Source: a virus. From it: DNA of 64,000 bases. The stretch lies in IMG/VR virus record IMGVR_UViG_3300028610_001024, positions 1 to 64,000 of that record. One strand, written 5' to 3'. How positions within the stretch are numbered: position 1 is the stretch's first letter; every line of letters begins with the position of its first letter. A model generated the notes under the pieces. That model was not told where the DNA came from. It saw only the letters and a program-made list of their open reading frames with translations, and ran no database searches. Made by a program: the position numbers and the translations under genes. Below, in pieces: positions 40,962 through 50,286 of this stretch.

Positions 40962-42533
40962 ATGGAGTTCATCATGAAGAAAGTTGACCCTACTCACGAA
41001 GCAAATCAAATTCATAGTAGTTATGTATCAGCTGCTAAGGCTAGAAATCTTTCTGTGGCTTATGGACATAGAGCAGACTGGTTTCGACTGGATAGTCGAA
41101 TACAGAGACGATGGGTTTATCCAGCACCTAATGAATGCTTATCTGCTAGTGATGTATCATATTTACGTGGTATGAGTCGGTTTGATTGGCGTGTAGGGAA
41201 AGAGAATTGGACAACGTCTAATGTTTTTGATAGGACATTAAATACCTCAGCAGCAACTCCATTTACACATAAATTAAGTATAGATAATTGGCCACCCAAG
41301 ACTGAAGCACTATTAAATGGAGAAGGTGCAGGTTTAGATGCAGAAGGAAATGGATTAAAGAGATTACATCAACAGGCGTTTGGGTCTAAATTTAAACCAG
41401 GGATTCATTTTATTAGAATACTAAACCTAGAAAGTGGCCCAGTGTGGTCACATGTAAAAGCTGATGCAATGTTAAATTGGAAGTTTAAATTAGTTAAAGA
41501 TGTTGGTGTAGTTATTACAGAGGCCCTAGTTGAGAATATTCAAGAATCTGGTCATCTAGTTAGGACTATTTATAGGTTAGAGAGTAATGATGTAATATGG
41601 AAAAGCTATGTGTCAATTAAGACTGTAGGGGATGAATATATCATCTATGCCCCTAGAGCTATAAAGGATATGCAATTTGAATGGGAAGTGTTGAAAGAAG
41701 GGAAAAATAGTAAACCAGTAGAGGGCAGATATAAGGGTTTAGGTGCTGTACCGATTGCTCCTTTTTATACTGACTGGGAAGTAAAGATGCAAAGTCCTCC
41801 GTTATTTGCTGAGGCGGCGGATTTACAATTAAAAGTGGATAATAGAAACAGCCATTTAAACGATTTTGTTTTAAGGGTACTAGCCTCTCCAGTATTTGTA
41901 ACTGTAAATGCAGATGAGGAAGATGATAATGGTATAGTTCCTCCAGCGAGTAGTAAGGGATCTGGATTGGATTTACCCCAAGATAGTTCAGCTAGTTGGC
42001 AGGCATTAAAAGGTAGTGCAGAAATAGATGAAATCGCTAGAAGAATAATTGAAGATGAAAAACGAATAGAGCTTATGTGTTTAAGCTCATTGGAGACTGA
42101 ATATCAAGGGGATAAAAGAGTTTTAGAAACTACTGTACGTGAAGGTAGGTCTGTAACAGTATTAGAAGCATTGATGTTATCAGATATCCCGTCACTGGAT
42201 AAGTTAGCTAGATTTACAGCGCACTTACTGGGTGAAACTGTACCTAATGACGCTAAGATTACAGCATCTAGAGTAAAGCGGGAAGGAGATAAAAAAGATT
42301 TAATTGAGAGGGCAGCAAAATGGTTAGAGTTAGATTTAATACCTAAAGAGGTATTCTATAAGATATGGAAAGAAAATAGTGAGGATATTTCAGATAAGCT
42401 ATGGGAGGAGTTACAACCTTTGTTGGATACTAGAATAGCACTAGATGCAGATATTGAAGTTAAGGAAAAAGAAGTAAGGGATAAAGCTCAGGTTAAAGTT
42501 TCTGGTAGTATGGATTTAGACGCTGGGGAGTAG
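40962..42533 (+). CDS. Portal protein (DUF4055-like)
   Basis: Follows terL; 523 aa; VPIAPFY..PPLF..ADLQ motif. Confidence 0.8.
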   Translation: MEFIMKKVDPTHEANQIHSSYVSAAKARNLSVAYGHRADWFRLDSRIQRRWVYPAPNECLSASDVSYLRGMSRFDWRVGKENWTTSNVFDRTLNTSAATPFTHKLSIDNWPPKTEALLNGEGAGLDAEGNGLKRLHQQAFGSKFKPGIHFIRILNLESGPVWSHVKADAMLNWKFKLVKDVGVVITEALVENIQESGHLVRTIYRLESNDVIWKSYVSIKTVGDEYIIYAPRAIKDMQFEWEVLKEGKNSKPVEGRYKGLGAVPIAPFYTDWEVKMQSPPLFAEAADLQLKVDNRNSHLNDFVLRVLASPVFVTVNADEEDDNGIVPPASSKGSGLDLPQDSSASWQALKGSAEIDEIARRIIEDEKRIELMCLSSLETEYQGDKRVLETTVREGRSVTVLEALMLSDIPSLDKLARFTAHLLGETVPNDAKITASRVKREGDKKDLIERAAKWLELDLIPKEVFYKIWKENSEDISDKLWEELQPLLDTRIALDADIEVKEKEVRDKAQVKVSGSMDLDAGE

Positions 42534-42677
42534 TTAGAAATAGATTTCTAGTAGGTTTGTCTGTATTGAGCTAAGCTCTACAGATCACCTATAGGAATCG
42601 TGACGTGCCATGAACAGGGGGGACTATTGTCCCTTACCTGTTTTTTGTGCTATGCACAAGGAATTTTCGTAAATCAC

Positions 42678-42789
42678 TTGACAGGTTCAGGTGAAGGTAT
42701 AGGCTAGTCGGTGGCGATTTACGATTGCCTCAGAGAGCTATTCTGCTCTCCCCCTGCTCACGGCGGGAACTACTTAGGGATTACGTCCC
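42678..42789 (+). promoter_or_regulatory. Sigma-70-type promoter with four-hairpin leader of the scaffold gene
   Basis: TTGACA 42678, TAGGCT 42700; hairpins 42713-29, 42733-50, 42752-67, 42777-89. Confidence 0.6.
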
Positions 42790-42801
42790 AGGAGTGATAC
42801 C

Positions 42802-43617
42802 ATGGCTTTATTAGACTTTGCGGAAGTATTAGCTGACTCAGGTTTAGATAGTGATCCTAATGGAGTACTTGCACGATTAGTTAGAGGGCATAATAAGGAA
42901 GAGAAAAGAGCAGGTAAACTTGATAAGCGGGTAGGGGAATTAGATATTGAAGTAGAATCATTAACTGAAAGTGTTGGAAGGTTAGAAGGAAAGAATACAG
43001 ATACCCATAATAAAAATAGGGATCGTAGAGAATTAGCTGCTGATGATTTTAATAAGTATAAAGCGGAATCTGAAAATAAGTTGACTAAAGCTGAAGAAGA
43101 AAAGACTAAACTAGTAGATAGAATCTCCGAACTTGAAACTGAAGCTAAGGTTTCTAGTACATCCTATAAAACCTTACAGGATCAGCATACTGTTACATCC
43201 TCAGCTTTAAGTGTGCATGAAGAGGCAGGGTTAGAGCGTAGGCGACATTTAGAGTTAAGTAAAGTTAAACTACCAGAAGCAATACGTGACGGATTGCATA
43301 CTACTGTTTATTCAAAAATTGAGCACTTTATGGTCCCTAAAGAGGACGGTAAGGGATTTGATCTAAAGGATGATAAGGGGAATATGCTTAAAAGAGACGG
43401 GAGAGAAATTGAGCTTCCTGATTTATTGAGCGATGTTAGTAGTGAGAATCCTTTATGGGCAAGTGAAGGATTATCTGGTGCCTTTGTTAAACAAGATAAA
43501 GAGTCTAGTTCACTGTTACATAGTGGAGGTGGATTACAAGGATCAGATATTAACCCTGGTGATGATACATCAGGTGATGATATTAGGGAAAAGGCAAGAG
43601 AGAAGCGAAAAAAGTAA
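42802..43617 (+). CDS. Capsid scaffolding protein
   Basis: Charged coiled-coil directly upstream of coat gene. Confidence 0.75.
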   Translation: MALLDFAEVLADSGLDSDPNGVLARLVRGHNKEEKRAGKLDKRVGELDIEVESLTESVGRLEGKNTDTHNKNRDRRELAADDFNKYKAESENKLTKAEEEKTKLVDRISELETEAKVSSTSYKTLQDQHTVTSSALSVHEEAGLERRRHLELSKVKLPEAIRDGLHTTVYSKIEHFMVPKEDGKGFDLKDDKGNMLKRDGREIELPDLLSDVSSENPLWASEGLSGAFVKQDKESSSLLHSGGGLQGSDINPGDDTSGDDIREKAREKRKK

Positions 43618-43672
43618 CACTTAGGTTACTACATCCAACTCACTGTCTATAAGGCAGTACAAGGAGAAAATC

Positions 43673-44860
43673 ATGGCGAACTTGTTTCACACTGGAGAAC
43701 CGATCTTTCAAGGAGTAACCACTGATGAAATCACAGCAGCTGCTAGTGCTCATCTACAGGACCATTCCGTTGCTTATGGCCTAGCAGCTAGTCAGACATT
43801 CATTAGTCACTTTGATGATAGTCCTGGTGAAGGGGACAAGATTGATATCAGGTATCCGGATAACCCGCCGGTTGCTGAATTGATCAATAGCCCCACTGCT
43901 GGACCAGAGGACATCAAGGAAAAGAAATTTCGACTGGAGATTGAGAGGCATTTCGTTATTCGCCATGTACTGAAGCCACGGGAATTTAAATTCAATCTTC
44001 ACGACGTGGAGAGGTTTATTATTGCCCCAGCTATGACCTCCTTGGCTAGTGCTCTTAATGGGTACGTGATGTCGAAGGCTGCATTGGTGTCGAATTTTTC
44101 TGGTGTTGTAGGAGTGCCTATTACTACACTGACGCAGCTTGAACCTCATGTGACGGTCCTTGATGAGGGGTTTGCTCCAGGAAAGAGATTTGGACTTTTT
44201 GTTCCGAATATCTACAATAAAATGGCTACTGCGGATGATTTTGCCCACGTTGACAAAACTGGGCAGACAAAAGTGAGAGAATTCGGGGAGTTGGGGTCAG
44301 TGGCTGATGTTACCCCATTTAAGGATTCTGCTGTCGGTAGGAATCTGAAAAGTGATCAGCGGCATACTGCTGGACTTTTTGGCAATGGTACGATAGATGG
44401 CGCAGTAGCAGAAGGCGCTGTTATTATGAACCTAGCGGGCGGAGTTGCTACTACAGGTACGCTTGTTCCAGCAGATCTTTTCCAGGTTGTAGGTGTTGAG
44501 GGTACTTACGTTATCACTAACAGTACTACCGCTGACGGTACAGGTGACATTGTAGGAGCTACTTTCTCTCCTGCGGCCCCTGCTGGTGGGTTTCCTGATA
44601 CGAATGTGTTTACCCTCCAGCCCAGTCATACCAAGAATCTAGTTGCTGCCCAAGGTGGTATCATTGCAAGTGCTGTTCCGCCAGTGCTTACCCCGGGAAT
44701 GTCTGGTGGTACTATCCAGGATGAGGATGGGTTTAGTGTGACATGGCAGTACCATCCAAAAGATGTCGAGTTTATGAAGAGTCATCTCTCCTTTGAAGTT
44801 TTTGCAGCTGCTGTGCTCGCTCGTAACGAGTATTGTAGTATCCACGTTTCGGATTTCTAA
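43673..44860 (+). CDS. Major capsid protein (P22 gp5-like)
   Basis: GDKIDIRYP, FIIAPAMTSLA, beta-rich insertion domain; AAGGAG SD. Confidence 0.85.
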   Translation: MANLFHTGEPIFQGVTTDEITAAASAHLQDHSVAYGLAASQTFISHFDDSPGEGDKIDIRYPDNPPVAELINSPTAGPEDIKEKKFRLEIERHFVIRHVLKPREFKFNLHDVERFIIAPAMTSLASALNGYVMSKAALVSNFSGVVGVPITTLTQLEPHVTVLDEGFAPGKRFGLFVPNIYNKMATADDFAHVDKTGQTKVREFGELGSVADVTPFKDSAVGRNLKSDQRHTAGLFGNGTIDGAVAEGAVIMNLAGGVATTGTLVPADLFQVVGVEGTYVITNSTTADGTGDIVGATFSPAAPAGGFPDTNVFTLQPSHTKNLVAAQGGIIASAVPPVLTPGMSGGTIQDEDGFSVTWQYHPKDVEFMKSHLSFEVFAAAVLARNEYCSIHVSDF

Positions 44861-44869
44861 GCGGGTAGC

Positions 44870-45706
44870 GTGCCCGTCTTCCCTCCAACTGGAATAGTTG
44901 CCGTAGTCGGTAACAGTCAGATTCTACTAAGGTGGAACGCTGTTACCGACGCGGCAAGCTATAATATTTATCGGGACACTGTACTGATAAATACAGTTGG
45001 GGCTATTGTGGATTTTGGTAAGCAAGAGGAGTATCTAGATGTAGGGTTAGTAAATGATACTAGTTATAGTTATGAGTTAGAAGTAACTGTAGGGGTAGAG
45101 ACTAGTGCTAAGAGTACCCCACCTGTTATAGCTATTCCTAAAACTATTTTAATCGAAGAGGATGGTACAGGGGTTCAAGCTGCTAATACCTTTCAAAATT
45201 TACAAAGTGCATTGGATTTAATTGCTGGGCGAGGTTATACACATTTTGCAACCATAAATGTTTTTCAGGAGAATGTGCTAATTAGGGGGACGCAGTCGGT
45301 TAATACTTCGGTGAGCTATAATAACGTAGGGACGCCGTTAAATATAGAGCAAGGATTATACTATCCAAGAACAGGGTATCCTAATTGTGGAGGGGTGAAT
45401 AGTGTTAGTGTAGGATTTAGGGGGAGTAATTTATTACTGGCCACTGGCCCTGTAGAAATACCCGAAGATATTAAATTAGCTAGTGCATTGAAGGCTGAAC
45501 ATATTGCATTGAGCTTATTTAATTCTAATAATGAGTTTGCCGATATACCGGGGAATTTAAAAAAGTTTGAGTTAGCTAAAGGTGTACAGTTAGAGAAGTT
45601 TCAAGGTAAGTTAGAAACTGGAGAGCAGAAAGAATTACACGGGCAGATTAGAGGATTGATTAAAAAGCTATCTAGTGGGTCTAACTTTTGGCTAGGTGGT
45701 CCATGA
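44870..45706 (+). CDS. Head-tail adaptor (DnaT-like family) with N-terminal FN3 domain
   Basis: PPTGI..LRWNAV..SYNIYR..YLDVGLVNDTSYSY (FN3); LIEEDGTGVQAANTF..QGLYYPR. Confidence 0.75.
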   Translation: MPVFPPTGIVAVVGNSQILLRWNAVTDAASYNIYRDTVLINTVGAIVDFGKQEEYLDVGLVNDTSYSYELEVTVGVETSAKSTPPVIAIPKTILIEEDGTGVQAANTFQNLQSALDLIAGRGYTHFATINVFQENVLIRGTQSVNTSVSYNNVGTPLNIEQGLYYPRTGYPNCGGVNSVSVGFRGSNLLLATGPVEIPEDIKLASALKAEHIALSLFNSNNEFADIPGNLKKFELAKGVQLEKFQGKLETGEQKELHGQIRGLIKKLSSGSNFWLGGP

Positions 45707-46287
45707 GTCTAGTCTCAGCAGTTGCAAGTGTAGGGAGTAGGGTAATACCCCTACTTACAGATAATAGTGCTACATTTATCATACCTGGGTTTGAGTTAGG
45801 TAAAGTGGATTTAGAAGCACCGGATCCTATTTTAGTAGTTAAAGGAGTATTTAGTCAAGGGGCTACAGAAATACTGATAGAGAACTCAAATGGTGACCAA
45901 TTTACAGGTATGATACGTGAGGGATGTGGAACGGTAATAGACGGGAATTTATATACTGTAGATGTAGGATCTAGAGTGGATAATAGTATTTTAAGTTTAA
46001 AGTTAACTAGTGGGTTACTAGGTGGATTAGTCGGCGGGGAATCAGTTAGTAGTAGCGATAGAAGAATAAATGTTACTAGTACGGTTGAAATTAGCACTGA
46101 GAGTTACAACACTAGACAGACTGATGGAGTAGCTTTATTTGGGTTTCAATATATGACACGAGATTTTAGTGTAGTGCCAAAGGTTGGGTGGTATTGTAGG
46201 CGAGGAGTGTATAGTGGATATATTATTGAAGTTGAACAGGTTAGGGTTACAATAGTTTGGGTGGGGAAGAAGGGGATATCGAAGTGA
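45703..46287 (+). CDS. Head-closure/neck protein
   Basis: Synteny. Confidence 0.5.
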   Translation: MSLVSAVASVGSRVIPLLTDNSATFIIPGFELGKVDLEAPDPILVVKGVFSQGATEILIENSNGDQFTGMIREGCGTVIDGNLYTVDVGSRVDNSILSLKLTSGLLGGLVGGESVSSSDRRINVTSTVEISTESYNTRQTDGVALFGFQYMTRDFSVVPKVGWYCRRGVYSGYIIEVEQVRVTIVWVGKKGISK

Positions 46288-46445
46288 ATATTATTATTAC
46301 ACAAAGGACTGATAAAGAAAGAAAAGCTTACTATGATGGTATACGCTATGCTCTAAATAATCTTAATCAAAAAGAAAGTATGGAGTTAATGCTTTTAATT
46401 GAGTCGGGGAATCTGAATAATTCCTCTAAAGCTGAGCAAGTATAA

Positions 46446-46865
46446 ATGCGTCACCATAAACATATGCGAAGGGTACTTACTAAACAGTTTAATATACTTT
46501 ATATGGAACAATCCAAAAGTGCTGCTGTAGGAGGTATGGGTAGTGCTGTAGTAGTTGCTCCTGGCCCAGAACAAACTGCAACAGCTACAGGTAGATCTAG
46601 GATGTCTGTCTCTACTAGTGTAGGAACGTTAAAAAGGTTTGATCCAGGGGATTTAGGGTCGTATAAAGTACCAGGTAGAAATATGGCATTAAGAGGTATA
46701 GCTGGACGACGGTTCGGGGATGATATATTTATATCCATAGGGACAGATTATAGTAAGTATTTAAGAAAATGGGGTTATGAGATGATGGAACACGCACAAG
46801 ATGGGGCGATTGGGCAAATGGAGATAGATCAGGGTAGGACATTACGTAAGGTGGCTAGAGTATAA
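46446..46865 (+). CDS. Tail completion protein (HK97 gp10-like)
   Basis: TGRSRMSV..IFISIGTDYSKYL; synteny. Confidence 0.6.
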   Translation: MRHHKHMRRVLTKQFNILYMEQSKSAAVGGMGSAVVVAPGPEQTATATGRSRMSVSTSVGTLKRFDPGDLGSYKVPGRNMALRGIAGRRFGDDIFISIGTDYSKYLRKWGYEMMEHAQDGAIGQMEIDQGRTLRKVARV

Positions 46866-47824
46866 TGTCTACTAGTATCACATTCCATACAGCAAATGAG
46901 GATTTAACAGGTATTACCTTTGCTGATGCCCCACCAATAGGATTAGGAGGTAGGCTTTACGGTTCAAGTGGTAATGTAATATCTAATAGTGGAGTGTCGT
47001 TATCTCTACTTGGTGGTGATTCTACTAGGGGGGTAATAAATGGTCTCCCTGAGGGTCCAGGGTATGCAGTTACTTATATATTAAAAGGCTTTGGTGAGAG
47101 TAATCACTATTATCAAGGTAGTGTTCCTTACACTTATCGGGTAGTGGCGAATAGGAATACCGGGCTAGAAGGAACTTTAGATGTAAGACTAGCGGCTGAT
47201 GGGGTTATAGCTGGGAATATTATAACAATTACTGAAGCTATTGTAGGCCAAGGGGATTACATTGTAAAATGGGGCACTGATATCCCAGGGGTTAGGTATA
47301 GCTTAACAATTGCCAGTGGTGGATTTGCATTAGGGGAGTATGCTTGGAACAGTGTAAGTGTTTCAGATGTAGGTGCTGCAACGTGGCAGAGAGATGATTT
47401 AGGACGGGTAGTGGATATCCTTAATACTCATGTAAATAGTTTTAGTGGATTTGATTTTATAGGTTGGTATGTTAGAGGTATGCATTTTCAGGAGCCAGTG
47501 ATAGAGGGTACAAGGCCTCAGGTATTTTGTGAGGTATCCCCTGGAGTGTCTAGGATTACTGATGTAATAGGAAGTCAGCTAACGGCGCCACTTAGAAATG
47601 GTACTTATATATTCGGGTTATTCTCAAGTGTAAGAAATGAAAGTATATGGAGAAGTGTGTTTAAACAAATGGTTAAAACTTTATCTACGGATTTCCCACC
47701 ACAGCAAACTACAGTTATAGCAAGAGATTTTGAGGAGCCTAACGAGAGTGATATTAGAGGGAGTAGATATCCTAATTTTGTAGCTTACACTGCACAGTTA
47801 CCGTATAGATCGTGCGTTAGGTAA
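46865..47824 (+). CDS. Tail terminator-like protein with beta-rich N-terminal extension
   Basis: Directly upstream of tail tube gene. Confidence 0.5.
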   Translation: MSTSITFHTANEDLTGITFADAPPIGLGGRLYGSSGNVISNSGVSLSLLGGDSTRGVINGLPEGPGYAVTYILKGFGESNHYYQGSVPYTYRVVANRNTGLEGTLDVRLAADGVIAGNIITITEAIVGQGDYIVKWGTDIPGVRYSLTIASGGFALGEYAWNSVSVSDVGAATWQRDDLGRVVDILNTHVNSFSGFDFIGWYVRGMHFQEPVIEGTRPQVFCEVSPGVSRITDVIGSQLTAPLRNGTYIFGLFSSVRNESIWRSVFKQMVKTLSTDFPPQQTTVIARDFEEPNESDIRGSRYPNFVAYTAQLPYRSCVR

Positions 47825-47903
47825 TTAGAGATAATAAACCTTAGTTGGTGTTATAGGGTGCGCCTTTAACATCAAGGATTAAACTGACAGTGAGGACAAG
47901 GAC

Positions 47904-48722
47904 ATGCCAGCAGATCTTGACAGTGGCGCGACTATTTTACTAGGGGTGGAATTCGGTGGATTGCGTATAGCCCCAGATGGGTTAACTGTAGAGTCGGGAG
48001 TTACTCACCCCACAATTGAGCTAACGGGTTCTATGTTGACCCCTACTGCCAATAACCACACGTATAAGAAATCCGGAGATAGAACAGATCAGAACAAAGA
48101 AATTGGTGAGGCCTTCGTTTGGGAGTTAAAGGTTTTCACCTGTGGACCTGATAGTCGAGTGGAATATAAACTATTAAACGATGCGCTGCGATTGGATCCT
48201 GATGGGAACTTCATTGGTAAACAGGGAGTTCTTATGGTTGAAGGTAGTCAAGATCTGGCACCTAGTCCAACTAATACGGTTTTGGGATTCCAGATTCCTG
48301 GAAACCGATTAGGACCGATAGGTGGGAATGTTGGAGATCCAAAGGAGTATACGTACACTACTCCTGTTAGTGGAGCTATTGAGGAATTAACTACGGTTAT
48401 TGCTCAACCTACTACTCTAGTTGCTCTAGAGACTGGACCGACTACAATTGATCTTACTTGGGATGCTGATAGTGAACTATTAGTAAATCACCAGGGCATT
48501 TTCAGAGTTAAACACTATGATATCTTTCAGAGCTTGACTACCAGTGTAGGGTTCGTAAAGGTTAATACGGCCCCTGTGTTAGCTAATCAGAATGGAAATA
48601 CCTTCACTGCAACGGGGTTGACTACTGTTACACAGTACTTCTTCTATGTCGTTGCGCGAGGTATCTTTGGAGACGGCGATTCATCTCCAATTAGCGCTGA
48701 AGCGGAAGATACCACGTCGTAA
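47904..48722 (+). CDS. Major tail tube protein with C-terminal FN3 domain
   Basis: QPTTL..TIDLTWD..YDIFQ..FTATGLTTVTQYFFYVVARG. Confidence 0.75.
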   Translation: MPADLDSGATILLGVEFGGLRIAPDGLTVESGVTHPTIELTGSMLTPTANNHTYKKSGDRTDQNKEIGEAFVWELKVFTCGPDSRVEYKLLNDALRLDPDGNFIGKQGVLMVEGSQDLAPSPTNTVLGFQIPGNRLGPIGGNVGDPKEYTYTTPVSGAIEELTTVIAQPTTLVALETGPTTIDLTWDADSELLVNHQGIFRVKHYDIFQSLTTSVGFVKVNTAPVLANQNGNTFTATGLTTVTQYFFYVVARGIFGDGDSSPISAEAEDTTS

Positions 48723-48730
48723 GTAATAAA

Positions 48731-48812
48731 AAAGGCTGGCCCTCCAGGGTTGACGTTAAGCGACACACCTACTGTAGCCCGTGTCGATACCTGCGTCAGG
48801 GCCAGTCTTTTT
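48731..48812 (+). terminator. Long hairpin/terminator after the tail tube gene
   Basis: AAGGCTGGCCCT ... AGGGCCAGTCTTTTT. Confidence 0.5.
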
Positions 48813-48885
48813 ACCCGTTTTTAGTTTCAATTTTTAACCCTTCCAACTTTGCCTCAATTAACCTTTCCTTTACTTGGAGTTTACC

Positions 48886-50282
48886 ATGAAGTCTTTTACC
48901 CCTGAAGTGATCCCACAAGTTGAATCGTTTAACGATCCATACGAATTAGGTGCTACATTTTTAATTGGTAGACTAGGGTCTAGTAAAAGTGGCAGCAGAG
49001 AGGTTGAAGCGTTCATTACAAAGGTTAACCAAGGTAAAAATAAAGCTAAACGGGAAGCTATGAAGCGGGCTAAATTACTGGCCCCTAAAGCTAGTGGGCT
49101 TGTAGATATATATAGTCTAATGGGGGAAGATCAGGTTTATGGAGAAGAGTTACGAGATATTGATGAGGAGGAAAATAGAAAGGAAGATTATCACAGTGAA
49201 TTAAATGCTATTTCGGTTGTTAGGGGTTGGAGTGGTAAAGCGTTCACGGAGAAGGAATTACCTATTGATGGAGCTTTTGATAATGATCGTATAAGGGAAA
49301 TGATATTTGAACCTCATGGACCTTTAGAGGATGAAGAGGATAAGCAAGTTATTGTTCAGCGGTTTAAGAATATTGAAACAGGTGAAATGATTAGTAATCA
49401 GAGTGATATTTTTGATACGATTGAGACGATGTTTGATAAGGTTAGTAAGGAGTGTGTCAAGAAAGGTGAAGCTGAGGAAAAGAAGCTTCAGGATGAATTC
49501 AATAGATTAGAATTTGATGGTAAGCAGAAATTTGAATATGAAGCTATGGCGTTACAGTATAGGGATAAAATAAGAGAATCTTATAAAAACCTGCGTGAAG
49601 AGTATGATAAGAAGGCCTATACTAAGTTAGAAAAAATGGGTTATGCAGAGTTACCCTTTTTCAGCTACACCTTACGTGTAGCTTTAGCATTGTGGATAGT
49701 TGAAAAGGCTGTAGAGGTGGAGGCTAACTATAATAGAAAAAAAGGGACATTTCGGAGGGCTTAGCTGAATGGGCTAGGTTTCAATCGTTTATATCACGGG
49801 CGTATGACGCACCGTTTGATCCATTTAAACTATGGAGAAAGCACGTCAAGCGTGGTAATGAAACCTGCTATAAATGTTTAAAGCAATTCTCTGGTATGAG
49901 AATGTGCCCCGAGTGTGGGGGATGGACTATACCACAATTACCCCAGTCGTACTTCCCAGGATGGGTAGGACATACTGATAAAGAAACAGGGGAGTGGATA
50001 ACTGATTTACCAGATATCATATTAGGATTCCCAATAATGGATGCATCGTTGCAAGATGTGTTCATTACTAACTGGCAATGTTTACCTGGGGATTCTATGG
50101 GAGTACCTAGTTTTTCGCCTAATGAAATGCTGGCTTTTGATAGAGATTGTAGGTTAGATAATGAAGACTTGGAATTTTATGGTGAAGTACTACGGAATAT
50201 GTCTAGTGGGTATAGAAAAGGTTATACTCAGGCTGGTGAGTATAAAGATAGATTAAAAAAGCAGAAACAAGGTGTGAGATAG
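48886..50282 (+). CDS. Tail assembly chaperone G (48886-49764) and G-T fusion via -1 frameshift (to 50282)
   Basis: A AAA AAA at 49737-49743; -1 frame is open into ORF 49896-50282; lies between tail tube and tape measure. Confidence 0.8.
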
Positions 50283-50286
50283 AAAA

